From Phoronis australis (taxonomy: Eukaryota; Animalia; Phoronida): 64,000 bases of DNA. The stretch lies in NCBI GenBank assembly GCA_002633005.1, contig NMRA01000140.1, positions 773,395 to 837,394 of the forward strand. Direction: 5' to 3'. The translations under genes were made by a program, and so were the position numbers. The notes under the pieces were generated by a model that made no database searches, was not told where the DNA came from, and worked only from the letters and a program-made list of their open reading frames with translations. This document shows, piece after piece, positions 25,401-38,935 of this stretch (position 1 is the first letter of the stretch; each line of letters starts with the position of its first letter).

Positions 25401-26985
25401 GGAAGTGCACCACCGCCTAATATCGCCGTCGTAATCAGTCACTGCTGACTCGGCTGCCGCCGTGTGTAATGAGGTCTCCGTAGAANTTTTGTTGGTGTAA
25501 AACTCGTTGATTGTTATGGAACAGTATGCCAAACTCGTCTGTATTTATTCTTATGTGTTCCTATAAATACAAATCCTAAAAGATACCCTTTCCGCTTCTT
25601 TTTAGCTAAGAATTTCATAAAACGGATTTTAGGGCAAATCGTTTCAATGGAAGCTTAAGCCTAAATTGTGCTCATTCAACACAATTCCAAATATTTTCAA
25701 ACTTAACTTTTGTTTAATTTTTATTTTTGGAAGTGCGCCACCGCCTAAAATCGCCGTCGTAATCAGTGACTGCTGACTCGGCTGCCGCCGTGTGTAATGA
25801 GGTCTCCGTAGAAGTCCCTCCCCCCGCCGCCAAAAAAAGAAGTAATAGTAAAACAAGGCAAACAATAGCAGGGCTTAAAGTTATGTGTTATTTTAGTGAC
25901 ATCTATCGACTGATGGAACTGTAAACGTCAACTCACAAGTCTGCCACGACTAGTCTGTAGTATATTCTGGAGCTCTCTATTTTCCTGTCGTACTTCTGTG
26001 GACAATGCATTATTCTGTCAGAAAAGTTTTATTCGTATTCGTAAGTAGCAAAGCCAGCAATGATAACTCCGTCGCTTGTCAGCTCTTCCTCCGCGTCCTG
26101 CCAGTTTAAAGACCAAGAGAGATGATTAGTCAGTGTTTAATCTGTGCATTCGAAATCCAACTCGAAATTATTTGTAACATTTTGCATTCTACCCTTATGC
26201 GTGGAGGACCGACTAATCGTAGCTTGCATTTGATGACAGCAATATTGACATAATAAACTGGAGTCTGAATTGGATATTTAGGAGTTTTCACTCGAAATCT
26301 CGAGTTTTTACTCGAGTTTATATCTAGAATCTGGGATTCGTCAAGTGCGAATTTCGCCTAGATAAGGACAAATTAAAATTTACAGAATGTTATCTTGAGT
26401 TCGCACAAAAGCAGAACGGAAATGTCCAAAACAATTTTGAGTTCGTTTTTAGTATAAATATTATATACTCTTGACTTCATAGTTCATGGTATAGCCTGAA
26501 AATTTTAGCTTAATAACATATCGAAAACTTTCAGTTAGCCATAAAAACAAAAGTCTTTATTTTAGTTTTGGTTATGAGGAAATTAGAAGTATTTTCTAGT
26601 TTCAGTTGATTTGCAAATAGCAAGAAAACAAATTTTCACACGTCTAGATCTGCATAGATCATTACATTAAACTGCGTGACTGTTCACCTACTTGAACACA
26701 GTGCACATGCGCGCCACCTCGTTTCCTGGAGGGCACCGTACAACCTACAAAGGTAGGGTCCCTCATAATGTCCTCTTTGCTTCTCACAGATAAAGTCATT
26801 CCTCTAAGCAGAACAGTGTCACCGCCAATCTTCCGGAACTCGTCCAATGCTGTGTCCCATTCGGTCTTTGTAAATCGATCGGCAAACCACGAGGCCGTAA
26901 CTGGATACGGCGGTCCAATTTTTGCATGACATATTTTGATAAACAACAATGATTGAATCAAAAGAACGAGCCAGGGAAGCGTCAT
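22484..26985 (-). CDS. Secreted DUF4434-like (glycoside-hydrolase-like TIM barrel) protein; 6 exons 26985-26692, 26097-25937, 25111-24205, 23827-23680, 23352-23093, 22699-22484; in-frame TAA at 26031-26029
   Basis: Signal peptide MTLPWLVLLIQSLLFIKICHA. DUF4434-like motifs EWDTALDEFRKIGGDTVLLRG, LLVQSAAERNMSVYLGMP, SFAGYYIRREVD. All five introns are GT-AG with matching phases (0,2,0,1,0); 1986 nt = 662 codons. Family assigned from memory of motifs. Confidence 0.8.
25160..25813. repeat. ~325-bp tandem duplicate around N at 25486 (probable assembly overlap)
   Basis: 25160-25485 matches 25487-25812 with few substitutions. Confidence 0.8.
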
Positions 26986-28172
26986 TTTACTACCGGTTCA
27001 TCTACTCCTGCAGTACATAGCGTATGCCTCTGCGAATATTGCGATATATTTGACGGTAACCTAGGTCAGTTTATCCCCGGACAATGTTCAGTGTGATAAG
27101 TAGCTATCTCGGAATTACATAGTTCATAAACTCATGTATATTTAGCTAGATTGTCTGTGCACTTACCGAATATTGACATAACGTAATAAGAATTTTTAAG
27201 CAATTGAAACTTTCTGTGTTGCCGTGTTTATAGATCAGTGGAACAGGCACCGTGACGGTCACTCTTGCGGAATTGCGGCTTCGAGTAGTACTGGCAATAA
27301 CATTGAAAAGGTGGGGCATACAAATTTCCTTTTTTTGTATTATTTACGTTTTCAGCTTGCCTATGACAATTGCATTGATTTGCTATTTTCAGAGCTGGCG
27401 TTGTGATGAAATTTGTCGTAATGTGAATTTCCAGCTGAACATGGAATTTTAGACGGTTTTGTTATAGTCATCAATTGAAAAGTGAAGTATGTGACGCTTC
27501 AGACTAACTAATGCTTAGGCTGAAAGTGTGCGTGACTCCCATGCCAAATGACGTCGTATAGATGTCGCAAGGTATTGTTTAAGTTGCGAGATCCATGCGA
27601 CGGACGTAAGCGCGTTGTATGGTTATACCCTATGGGACATTTCCTTTGTTTTCTTTAGTCGCGTCTTTATTCGACATAACAATACAGGTCACCTTGGGCG
27701 CACATCAGCCTGTTACCAATAAATGCATTATTATAAAAAAGAAAAACAAAGTGAACAATGGAAACATCTATCTATCGATATCTATGCGACAATCTCGCGA
27801 CTTAGTTTCTCTTGGATTGTTTTTGTGTGATACCAACAGTTATTTCGTGGTTTTCTAGGCGTAGAACATGACATCGTCTCCCTGTGCCTACGAGATAGCC
27901 TAAAACGTTTTCGACGCACCTCTCTGTTGAAACGTTAGTGACATTAACTGCCACATTTAATAGTGTCAAATTAGGATGCTAATAAATCGAAACAACATTT
28001 TCATAGAGGATCATTTTATTGTTACTTGTCCGTGGTAAGAGATGGCTGAGTACGAGCAATTGAAAGTGCCTCTTTAGAACCCTGCAGTTTGCTCGATGTT
28101 TAAGTGTAAACTCGACGTGTTTTCTTTTTCACTGCCTGCTGTTGGGATATCGGATGGCCTTCCTTCAATGAA

Positions 28173-31100
28173 CTACAGTAAAGCTTTGCAACTTGCAGGC
28201 AGTGTGAATACGTCGAGATCTCTGATTCCGTTGATTGTGTTCTGAAAGTTGGCAACATCCAGCAGAGGATCTAGACAGCAAAAAAAATCAAGTTACAGAG
28301 AGCATGATTGCGTTTTATTTCAGGTGTGAACTGGAAAGAGTTTTAGTGTTTGAAACAGTATACGTTCGTCGAACCTGCCAGAAAATTACGAACGTTCAGG
28401 GGCCCATAGCGATTCTGAATGCTTTAAAATATCTACTCAAAACATTTCAAGCAAACGCATTTAACAACCCATAAATGTACATGAGGAAAGCTAACTTCGT
28501 CATGTCCGCTCCCACAACAGCAGTTTCTTGGCAGTGTGTGAGCTCTAAACTGTATGATAACATTCCGTGAGTACTTTCACTAGGTAATTTACTATTCTCT
28601 TTCATTAACTTTAAAGGCGGAAACTTTTTACATTTGAAAGTATGTACCTGATGTGGAAAACTTAAAAAATTACGTCGCGTGTAGACGACTTGGGTTTCAT
28701 ACTACATGTTCTAGAAAGTGCCTCCTGTACACTGACTTCTCTTTTCTTGCAATACTCTTGCATTACCATTTTCATGCTACTCTTGTCACTCTTGTCATTG
28801 CTTTTTCTAGCCAATACTCAGCTCTGTGAACAGAACTGAATTTCCACTGAAGAGCTATTCACCACTTGAGGAAGAAGATATAAACCAAAAAGTGGGAGGA
28901 AATTTCTTATTCAATGTCTTACTGCTAATGAAATCAAATTCCTTTGACACGTTTACAAACCCGCAAACGGTCTTACCGATTCTATTTCGCCTTTTTTACT
29001 TTCCTCTAACAACAACAAATCAAATCGTTTGTCATCTTCTATCCTTAGTTTTTTTACATAATGACGTCATGAAGTGACCCGAATGGCAGCCAATGAACCC
29101 AGTGAATTCTTTAGTCCATGAGTTCACCAGAAGGTCAAAAATGCAAGTGGCGCGGGAGTTACAAGTGAGAAGTAAAAAGTCGAATTTTCGAGTGTTACGT
29201 TCTTTTCGAAGGACTTGATTTCCGTTCAGTTATACTCGCCGTATTAATTCTGGAGATCAATATGTTCACGAGATTTCAATTTCGACGGGCACAGGTTTAT
29301 ATTTGACATGCAATTCGAATGTGATATGTGTGACACTTGATCTCAACTTTCACTGCCCGGACTTTCAACCCTTTTACAATTTAAGGGTTGATTAGTTACC
29401 GTATATGCTTTCTCTAGCTTCCTCAACAATAAGATTTAAGAAAGTCGCTCATTTCATGTTCTGCTTTGGAAATGTAGGGGACAATATAAAGACAGGTCAA
29501 AGTCTGACTCACGGAACCTATTTTAAAGCTCTTACCGCTCACAACCCACTGATTAGGGCGCCATTTTTGTTATCTTCAGCTAACTATCTTATGGCACAGT
29601 AGGAAATCACTAAGTCGGGCACAACAGAGGCAAAACCTTTACTTGTTGTGACGCTTAATTCTTTCATGATTGGCTAATTTTATAAACCACGTTTACGTTG
29701 TAACCAAAACAATTTCCAGTAAACAACCGAACATTAATTGGGACTTTCTTCACTGCTGTGGGAAATCTTGCAGTTAAGTAAACACAAAAAACCTGTTGAA
29801 AATTCCCTGAACCCTGTGTCAAGTGATTACCCAGCGTGAATACGACTTTTATGACTGATGCCTAATAAGTACGAGGATGAAAGATGATCAATTGTAAATT
29901 ATAAACTTAAAATTTGAAACTTTTCATTATTCATCTGCCCTCCGACTCACCGTGTATCAGAGGTCTGTAACGCCTCCTACCGACGATAACAGTGCTTACT
30001 GGATAACATCCTATAGATGTCACTGTTATCGACAACTGCGCTCTTCTCCCCAACATCTGTTTGCTGGTGAACGTCATGACATCCAACCGCTTTCCCGGCT
30101 TTCCCAATGTTGAAGACCCAACAAATCGCATTTTCTCTGAAAAGCAAGTTTTTGTTTACAGCGGTGAACCCGTTTTGACTACTAATATTGCGCAGCGTAA
30201 GTGAGGGTGAGAGGACGAATAGTGGCCTGACTTACTCGTTATACATCCTGCATACTTTCGCAATCGCCATGGCATTCGCGATTTCTTGCACTTCTTACCG
30301 TTGTCGGAAGCAGTGAAGATTCCAGTCTAAAAGTAAAACATTTTAACTACTTAAAATGATTGCATTTTAGTGTCAAAACATGTCAGTGAAATCGTGCGAG
30401 GTGAGTAGTGACTGCTCAGTAAACACTGTGGGTCAAGACGCTGAGATTTTATGGTTCAAGCACCTGTCAATTACCTCTGGATGGGATTGCCAGGTTGTCC
30501 CTGATTCTTAACAAGGGGGTCTCTCGTAATGTGATGGCATTGTGGATTTGCGCTATTTCAATGCTTGAACTAATGATACTAGATATTTTGAAATATTTGA
30601 GAACCCGACAGGTTTTCGTTTCCGGGAGGGGAAACGGATGATGTTTTGTTTTTGTTTCCACATCGTGGCCACAGTAGCTTCAGAAAGACCAGTTTAAACA
30701 AGGAACTGGTTCGATATTGCTTGAATCTTAACTGGGCCGGTATTTTTTTTCGTATTTCAAGTTTGAGTAGCAAATACATATATGAGTATAAAGCGTTTTT
30801 TTCACTATGTTTGTTTCGACCATTGTGTAACATCCATCACCATAGAAACGTGCTTTCAGAAACTGCTTTTTTCGCAGGTAGTTTCATGCTTTGTCTACTT
30901 ACAGTGTTTTTGTTGGCTAGAAGATAAATTGATACGTCTTTAGACAGAAGAGCAACACGTCCATTCTTAAAGTCAAAGTTTCCAGTAAATTTCACCTGAA
31001 ATATATTATACAATAATACCTTAAATTGAAGATTTGTCAACCTATTCACTGCACAGCAAGAAGGTAGATCAGGAAAGTTTATTGTCATTTATCTCTTGAA

Positions 31101-31715
31101 AACTGGATTACTTTTCTAAGATTTTTATCTTGAATTCAGGCCTCGTAAAAGACTGTCATTTTTCAATTCTGAAAATGACCCGGTGTCATTATTAACTGGA
31201 TAAAAATTTCATGCTACACCGTGCCTGGACTCATAGACGTGGCTCACTGACCGTTCAACGAGGGCACGGACGTGCAGCCAGTGAACTGTGTTTGTACTAA
31301 GACCGGCATCATGTTGGCGGTCCGGCTGTGAGCCGTATTTGTGGGTCGGTGAATTGAGTTTATCAGGTCTGTGAGCCTTGTTCATAACTGAAACAACTAT
31401 TTTATATGATTGTGGATGCCATGTTGTTCAGAATTTTGGAATATTACAACCGCCGTTGGCAGGTATTGACTTGCAGGATTCTGACTTCTCTAAAAGACGT
31501 GAACGAGAATTGAGGCTACTTTGATTAACTGTTAAATAACCTACCACTCGTTTCTGTGGTGCTGAGAAAGGATATGACACTTGTGTCTCGGTAAAAACAT
31601 CCGATTCGAACTGCTCTGGGAAACAGCAGCCCTTGTTTTTACACGCTGGCTCCTTTGCTACACACAGTCCGAGTAACGTTAATCCTACCGTCACCACTTG
31701 GAGGTAACGACTCAT
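28173..31715 (-). CDS. EPDR: Ependymin-related protein, paralogue A (exons 31715-31545, 30995-30903, 30326-30236, 30136-29951, 28270-28173; 212 aa)
   Basis: Signal peptide, then GCCFPEQFE, FDFKNGRV, C-x-K, CIT, ITVTSIGCYPV and terminal GIRDLDVFTLPASC, the ependymin-family cysteine/motif pattern. Intron phases 0,0,1,1 all consistent. Confidence 0.88.
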
Positions 31716-31885
31716 GGCCAGGTAAGTCCAGACACTCTGAGGTCAGCTGCGGAATTAGCATAATATCCTGAATAATATCATGAATTAGTCTTGTTTTCGA
31801 CCCATCAAATCGATAATTTTTAAAGTAAGAAGTCGTTTCTTCACCGATCTTTGTATTTTCAGCTTGCATGTTTTCGCAGTAAATT

Positions 31886-34250
31886 GGTTTAGAACCATCG
31901 GTCTCGTCAATCGGTTGATGACCTTAGTGAAACGTTTAAAACTTTCCTTCTAGACTACTGGCATTGGGTCAGTTTCACTAAGCACTATCTGGGATTACGC
32001 AACAGTCTTACCTGAAATCAACTGCACAATTAGCTAAGTCAGTGAATATTAAAACTAAATGTGTTCAGTCTTACCAATGGCTTTCTCTTGCTCATGCAAG
32101 AACGCGTGCAGAATTACGTGAGCCTGCACGGTGCAGAGATATATCTGATAGCTGAGTTTACTAATCGTCTCCAATAATAGTTAAACTGATAAATTAAGTC
32201 CATCACATGCCATTCGCCGCGCAATATCGTAAGAATAGCCGCAACAACCTGTCCCGTGTTCGCTGGAATTGGCATGTGACATGAGTTCATCCATGGCTTA
32301 CGTCACAGTATGTCACATCATCTTGTTTTATTAAATGCCTTCTTAAATAGAAATTAAGACAAACGAAGCTTGTAAAAGTGAAATCACAGCCAGGTGTCGC
32401 TCTCACAATAAAATTGCCAAAAAGGCTGTGTGCTACCTAATACGAACATAAAAGCTACATGCATACCTTTTGAGTGCTTTGGTGGAAAGATTGGCGGAGG
32501 TCTAGTCTCCTTGAAGGTGCAGCGTGTTTTGGATTCTACCAATATAGGGTAGCTGTTGTCCTATACCCAGTTTTATTTCGCACGGTTTAATATAAGGGGG
32601 AGAACGTAAAGCTGAAAGTACCAATGACTACGCAACACTAACCTAATTCGCTCAAAAATCGGAGAGTGTCGCCCTATGCCCAAAATAAACTTTTTAAACA
32701 AAAGCATAAAAATTTTGAGACATCCAGTTGAGAAAACAGATCAAGTTTGANACACCAGTGTTTGCATCATTGCATGACTGCTTGTTTTACTGTGAAATGA
32801 TTCATTCATGAACTTGAGAGGGTATGTGTGTCACCTGCAGTTTTCTGTAATATATACAAATCTATATGACTGTCTTTAGTCCAGCCTGACAACTCAAGCA
32901 GTGTGTGAATTAAGTCTCGGTTTTGAGACTGAGTTTGTAGAACATTCAAAGTTTGTCATTTTCTTTAAATTCCAGAAATAATTTATTTATAATAAAGTTT
33001 TACTTTGGAGAAGTTCTAAGTGCTACTAGGAAATGATGTGCTTGAAAGTTACTAGCCATTCAAGCATCACGGCCACTGGTGATACACTAAAGTCGACTAG
33101 AGAAGATATCAGATTGTGTCATAATTTACTTGCAAAGTTGGTCCATTGTATCTGCAAATCTTCACTAGCCACTTTCTTATTAACTCTTAGTCAGTATGAT
33201 ATTGATGAAATGACATTACTTTGTTTATTCTTTAGTTATTTGTGCAGCAAGAGACACAGCAGTGTGCAATAATTTATGTAGAGATTCACTGTAAACAGAC
33301 AGCTTCCTGTAGACTGGTCAGTACTAGCCTCCTTCTGGGATTGGAATGTGAGTCCTGCATAAATTTTGAGAAAGGCCTATGTTGGTTTAGAACCATCGGT
33401 CTCGTCAATCGGTTGATGACCTTAGTGAAACGTTTAAAACTTTCCTTCTAGACTACTGACATTGGGTCAGTTTCACTAAGCACTATCTGGGATTACGCAA
33501 TAGTCTTACCTGAAATCAACTGCACAATTAGCTAAGTCAGTGAATATTAAAACTAAATGTGTTCAATCTTACCAATGGCTTTCTCTTGCTCATGCAAGAA
33601 CGCGTGCAGAATTACGTGAGCCTGCACGGTGCAGAGATATATCTGATAGCTGAGTTCACTAATCGTCTCCAATAATAGTTAAACTGATAAATTAAGTCCA
33701 TCACATGCCATTCGCCGCGCAATATCGTAAGAATAGCCGCAACAACCTGTCCCGTGTTCGCTGGAATTGGCATGTGACATGAGTTCACCCATGGCTTACG
33801 TCACGGTATGTTACATCATCTTGTTTTATTAAATGCCTTCTTAAATAGAAATTCAGACAAACGAAGCCTGTAAAAGTAAAATCACAGCAAGATGTCGCTC
33901 TCACGACAATAAAATTTCCAAAAAGGCTGTGTGCTACCTAATACGAACATAAAAGCTAGATATATACCTTTTGAGTGCTTTGGTGGAAAGATTGGCGGAA
34001 GTCTAGTCTCCTTGAAGGTGCAGCGTGTTGGATTCTACCAATATAGGGTAACTGTTGTCCTATACCCAGTTTTATTTCGCACGGTTTAATATAAGGGGGA
34101 GAACGTAAAGCTGAAAGTACTAATGACTACGCAACACTAACCTAATTCGCTCAAAAAATCGGAGAGTGTCGCCCTATGCCCAAAATAAACTTTTTAAACA
34201 AAAGCATAAAAATTTTGAGACATCCAGTTGAGAAAACAGATCAAGTTTGA
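31886..34250. repeat. ~865-bp duplicate (31886-32750 vs 33383-34250) with N at 32751
   Basis: Near-identical blocks; the first ends exactly at the N. Confidence 0.8.
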
Positions 34251-36821
34251 GTCTAATACTGGAATAAAAACTTATAAAAAATAGCGACGTTGCGTCCACA
34301 TTTCACGGACTTCACCTTTGCTTGTGACGTTATCGTTATTCTGGCCGATTGATTTGTCACACCTATGGGATGGTGTTCTGACGTCAATGCACCACCGTTA
34401 GGTCAAAACGCCACCAATTGGCAAGAATAATGATAATGCACAAGCTAAGCTGAAGTCCGTGAGATGCGGATGCAACGTCACTAATTTTTGTAAGTTTTTA
34501 GTCCAGTATCAGACTCAAATCTGACCTCCAAACTTTTGAAACGTTGCACAACTTAAGAGAATGAGAAAACAAAGGGACTGGCACAAAAGTATTGAAATTA
34601 CCTTTAGGTGGCACAGTTCTTGTAGGAATCGTCCAAAAACTAGCGGTTGCTTTCCGACACTTGGCAGGACACAGTCGCCTGGCAAGCGGAGAGAGGCGGG
34701 GGCAAAATACGGGCACTAAGAATCAAAATTGCCACTAGGGACCATGCGCGCACCCAGCCTGAAAAATGGGAGCAATTTTTGTGGATGAGGATCTTTTACT
34801 AAGCTTCACACTGTACGTTCAGAATTGTGAATTGTACAATCGTCAAATTTTGGTAGCTCTTGCCTTTTTAGTGGACTTCTGTCTTGTTTTCTATTTTTTG
34901 GAGTTTTGTTTCTCTGAGGCGGACCATTTTGCCCGCTTCGCTTGAGCTCCTCTAGACCCAATCCCCCTCCCCAAAGGCATCAGTTCATTTGCCATACTCC
35001 TCATGGTGACATGTATTCCGGTGAAACTGAATGAAAAACTGAAGATAATAGTTTTGTTTTTTCGTCATAATCGCCACCGTCATAACTAAACATCAATTGT
35101 TAGGTTTATAAGAATGTTTAGCATGACGTCATTTTGACGTCATTGTGACGTTTTGGATCCAGTGTGACAGCATGCCTATTCTTTTCCGGGTCCAAATTGC
35201 GTCATGTACTGCCATGACCCTCGTCACTAAACATATCAATAAATTACGCTTTAGTAGACATGTAGCTCATGTTAACGTTGATGGTATTGAAGGTGTCGAT
35301 TACTTTACAAACCAAGGAGCAAGTGAACCCTGGTTCGTACCAAAACGCTGCATACCAGTCTGAAACAAGTATTAAAAGAAAAAGGTAAAACAGAGGGTGC
35401 ATAAATTGTCAGTGGGTGCATGGAAGATGGGCTCCACCTGCAGACCAACGAAATTTATTTTTACAAGTCCTATTGAGCCAAGAGGTTCCAAAAGATTCTT
35501 AGACAGGTTGGTTATTCGGCAGGTGATCCAAGTAATTAGGCACTGCAACTTAGCTCTGCACCGAAACATCACAGACCATGTGACCTGTTCAAGCTGTCCT
35601 AAGTTTGGTTTGGAAGCTGACACGCTCGGAAATTTGCCCTGCTTATCAGGGTCTTCGCAATCTTCTGCTGTATGGACATATGACTTACCTGGTAGATATC
35701 GCCAAATCGGGTAGGTTCACATTTTCTTAAGAAAAACAGGAAGATTAGAAGATTTTACTCATGGGGATTCTTCATGCTGAGAGATCCCCTTGGGTCTTCA
35801 TTGTACGATTAGTGCAGTGGACCCAACTGTGTAGCCTAAATACGCTTGGTGTACCACAGAAGGCACCAGGCCACCTGCCTGTTTTTTTTTTTTCTTTTTC
35901 TGTAGACATTGAATAAACAGTTTCTTTGGTACTGCTAGTTGACTGTGTGGTTAATCTTCCTCTGGAAATGTGAAATGAGCGTACCCAATAGGTCAAAGAT
36001 TTTTAATTTTAAAACTCAAAAAATATCCATTATATATTTATAGTTTACAGTTCCATGAAGTTAGGCATATTACCCTGTTCTTTTTTTCAAACTTGTGCGA
36101 GAGTTTTCTGGTAGGGAAACCCCTCTGGCGATAACGTCCACACCGGCAATTTCCGGCGATGGCGTGAGAGGAAATGTACCCTATAATTCTGCTTTACAAA
36201 ACTGTGTGCAAGCTTTTTGTTTGAATTCTTTTACACCGTGTAGAGAAGGGAGTTGGAACTATGCGGACCTGGCTTTTTTAATTCAAACCCAAAACCAGCC
36301 ACAAAAATTTGATGAGTAACGCCTTCTTTATACCACGGGTACCAGAGCACTTAAAGGTCTGGCAGCGTCCTGTCCGTTTCGACTTCAAGTTCACCTTTAA
36401 AAAGATGATAATTAAATGGTAATTGTTTGTTTTTCTTACGTGCAGTGTTGTGTGAAGGTGTTTCAGGAAGGGAATTTTGAAAATTGATTGTGATCTCTCC
36501 GTCTAGACACCAGAAACTATTTATTGTAAGTCTAATTTAAATTACCTTATATTAACTATTACTCACTCGCAACCATTTTTCTTTATTTTTAAATATAAGA
36601 CCACAATGCACTGTCACAGAACACAAAATAACGACGTTGCGTCCATTAATTCATTCAGAGATAACATTCAAGCTCTTATTACAACTAGTTTTAAGAGTGA
36701 CTCATTCCAATATTTCAAGTGCAACGGGTTTCCGCATAGAATATGTGTGCGTCATTGCCTAACTGTTTACTGAACAACTGGCGCACTCTTCTCGGTCTAC
36801 GTGATTTTGAATAAGCAATAT

Positions 36822-38935
36822 TCACAAATTCTGACAACTGTCCGGTAGTTTGAAGACGTCCAGGTCGATGATACCGTCGTAGGTATTCACGTAGCTCACC
36901 ACTTCGAACAGCGAGTCTAGAAAATTAAGGTAAAAATATACGTAATGAAGGTATGACAGTATGTTTTACTTTAAACGCTTAACACTATTCATTCATCAGT
37001 GTTGGTCGACATTATGAATTAATATTTGTAATGCGGACTCACGGAACAATTGATTCTTCGCAGGCGCTGACCGGAGAACGTGTACAAGAAGAAATTCAAT
37101 TAGTCTTTTATTGGCACTGAGCAATGCAAGTCTACAGATTGTATTTACATAAAATGCTATACTTACTAAACTTAATTGGCCCCAGGTCGTGTTTCTTTCC
37201 AATCAACACGTCACTGACTGGATAACAACCGTTAGAGGTCACTGTCACGCTCATACTGCTTCCGTCGCCCAAAATGGCATCACTGACGAACGTTGTTACA
37301 TTGAGAGGTTTAGCTGGACTTCCGAAATACGTCGATGAAACGAAGTTCATTTCCTCTGAAATGCAATGAAATTGCACAGTTGTCAGAAACTTTTGACCCA
37401 CAAATTTTAACAAAGTTGCATTTTCCAGTAAAACCTTTTTTGAACAAACTAAACAATGATTCTTTTGTGAGATAACAAAAAGAAATTCACACACGCTAAC
37501 GCACGGTAAAGAAGGGACTCCGTTTCTGGATACAAATGCACCTGTCACTGTGACATGCTGAGTTTAATATGATCAAAATGGCTTCAGTCATTCATTCGTG
37601 GCACTTACTCGTTATACAACGCGCTGTTCCATTGAGATGAAACGGAAGTGGCGATTTGATGCACTTTTTTCCGCCGTCGTAAGCCGAATACACAGCAGAC
37701 TGGAAAACATGTTGAAATATCTTTGTTTCACGTTAATTACACTAAATACCCGGATACTGCCCCCACACGTTCATGTTCGAACCAGTGCGTTTTAAACAAC
37801 GCATACGCGCATGCGCGTATGCTACATTTCTTTTTTAGACTCGGATGGACGTACAGAGACATTACTTAAACTTGGCGTTTCTTGTGTTTACCCAATCTTA
37901 ATACTTTGCAATGAACTTTCTACTCTTGAATTGAAATCATGTCAATTCAATATCCTCTGTTGGGCAGATGATTCGAACTTAATCTTTTCCAACTAATCTT
38001 GCTCTTGTGGTGCTACTCAAGTGTGAGGGCACAGACTACTATCCTACCTGCTAACGAGCCCAATATTCGTTTGCATGTTATCGAACAATCATACAAAAAG
38101 GAAATATTTTCAAGGTGATGGTGGCTTTTTTGCTATTAATGAGCTACAACAAGTCAGAACATCGGATTGAAATCTCCTGACGTCATTATATAGGAATCAA
38201 GAGTAGCTTGAGCTGAAACTCGTATTCTTTCACACACAATATACTTAATGACAGCAACTTCTTGTTGGTGACATGCGTACATTGTTTTTTCCAAACATGT
38301 AGAAGACAGAAATGTCGTCAGATATCAGAACAGCACGGTCATTCTTGTAGTCAAACGAACCAGCAAACATCATCTGAAATAACAAGTTTCGAGTAAGGAA
38401 TACGGCTTCAATGATAGTGTGATTGATCAAACATCTCCCTAAGAGAAATTATTTCTATAACTGTCTTATTTCGAATGTTCAGGCCACGTAGATGTCCCGT
38501 GTTTTGATCAATGAAAAAGCGAGATCGACATCAGATCCAGGTCAAGCGAAACTCCCTTAGGCATTCTTTTTCATTCTTGGTATCTCCAAGAATAGATATT
38601 GTAAAATCAAAGTTTCAAATCCTTCTTAAAGAACCAGCACCTTTGCTAGTTGCTAAGGGACTAAGTGAGGCCAAATCAAGATGTGTTGAGACGACATAAG
38701 TCAATTCAAATCCACACTAAGAGTAGTTTACAGATTCATTAACAAAATATCGACGCACAACTCGTATATCCGGTTTCTTGAGTGGAGTCGAGACCTCTAG
38801 CTCAACAAATACGTCCGCCTCGAACTGTTTGGGAAAGCAACAGCCCGTTTCATTGGTGACGAGGGGTGCGGCAAGGCATGCGCTCAATACGCCAAGTACC
38901 ACAAGGATAGACGCATACAAACGAGATGAGGTCAT
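36822..38935 (-). CDS. EPDR: Ependymin-related protein, paralogue B (exons 38935-38759, 38373-38281, 37699-37609, 37355-37167, 36916-36822; 214 aa)
   Basis: Signal peptide, GCCFPKQFE, FDYKNDRA, VTVTSNGCYPV, GIIDLDVFKLPDSC. Exons 2 and 3 are 93 and 91 nt, as in paralogue A, with the same intron phases. Confidence 0.88.

Noticed and set aside
31716-31730. ACTTACCTGG match to the U1 snRNA 5' end
   Set aside because: Only ~10 nt match; the downstream sequence is EPDR coding sequence.
35370-35720. Possible decayed CR1-type RT fragment
   Set aside because: Similarity too weak to support without a search.
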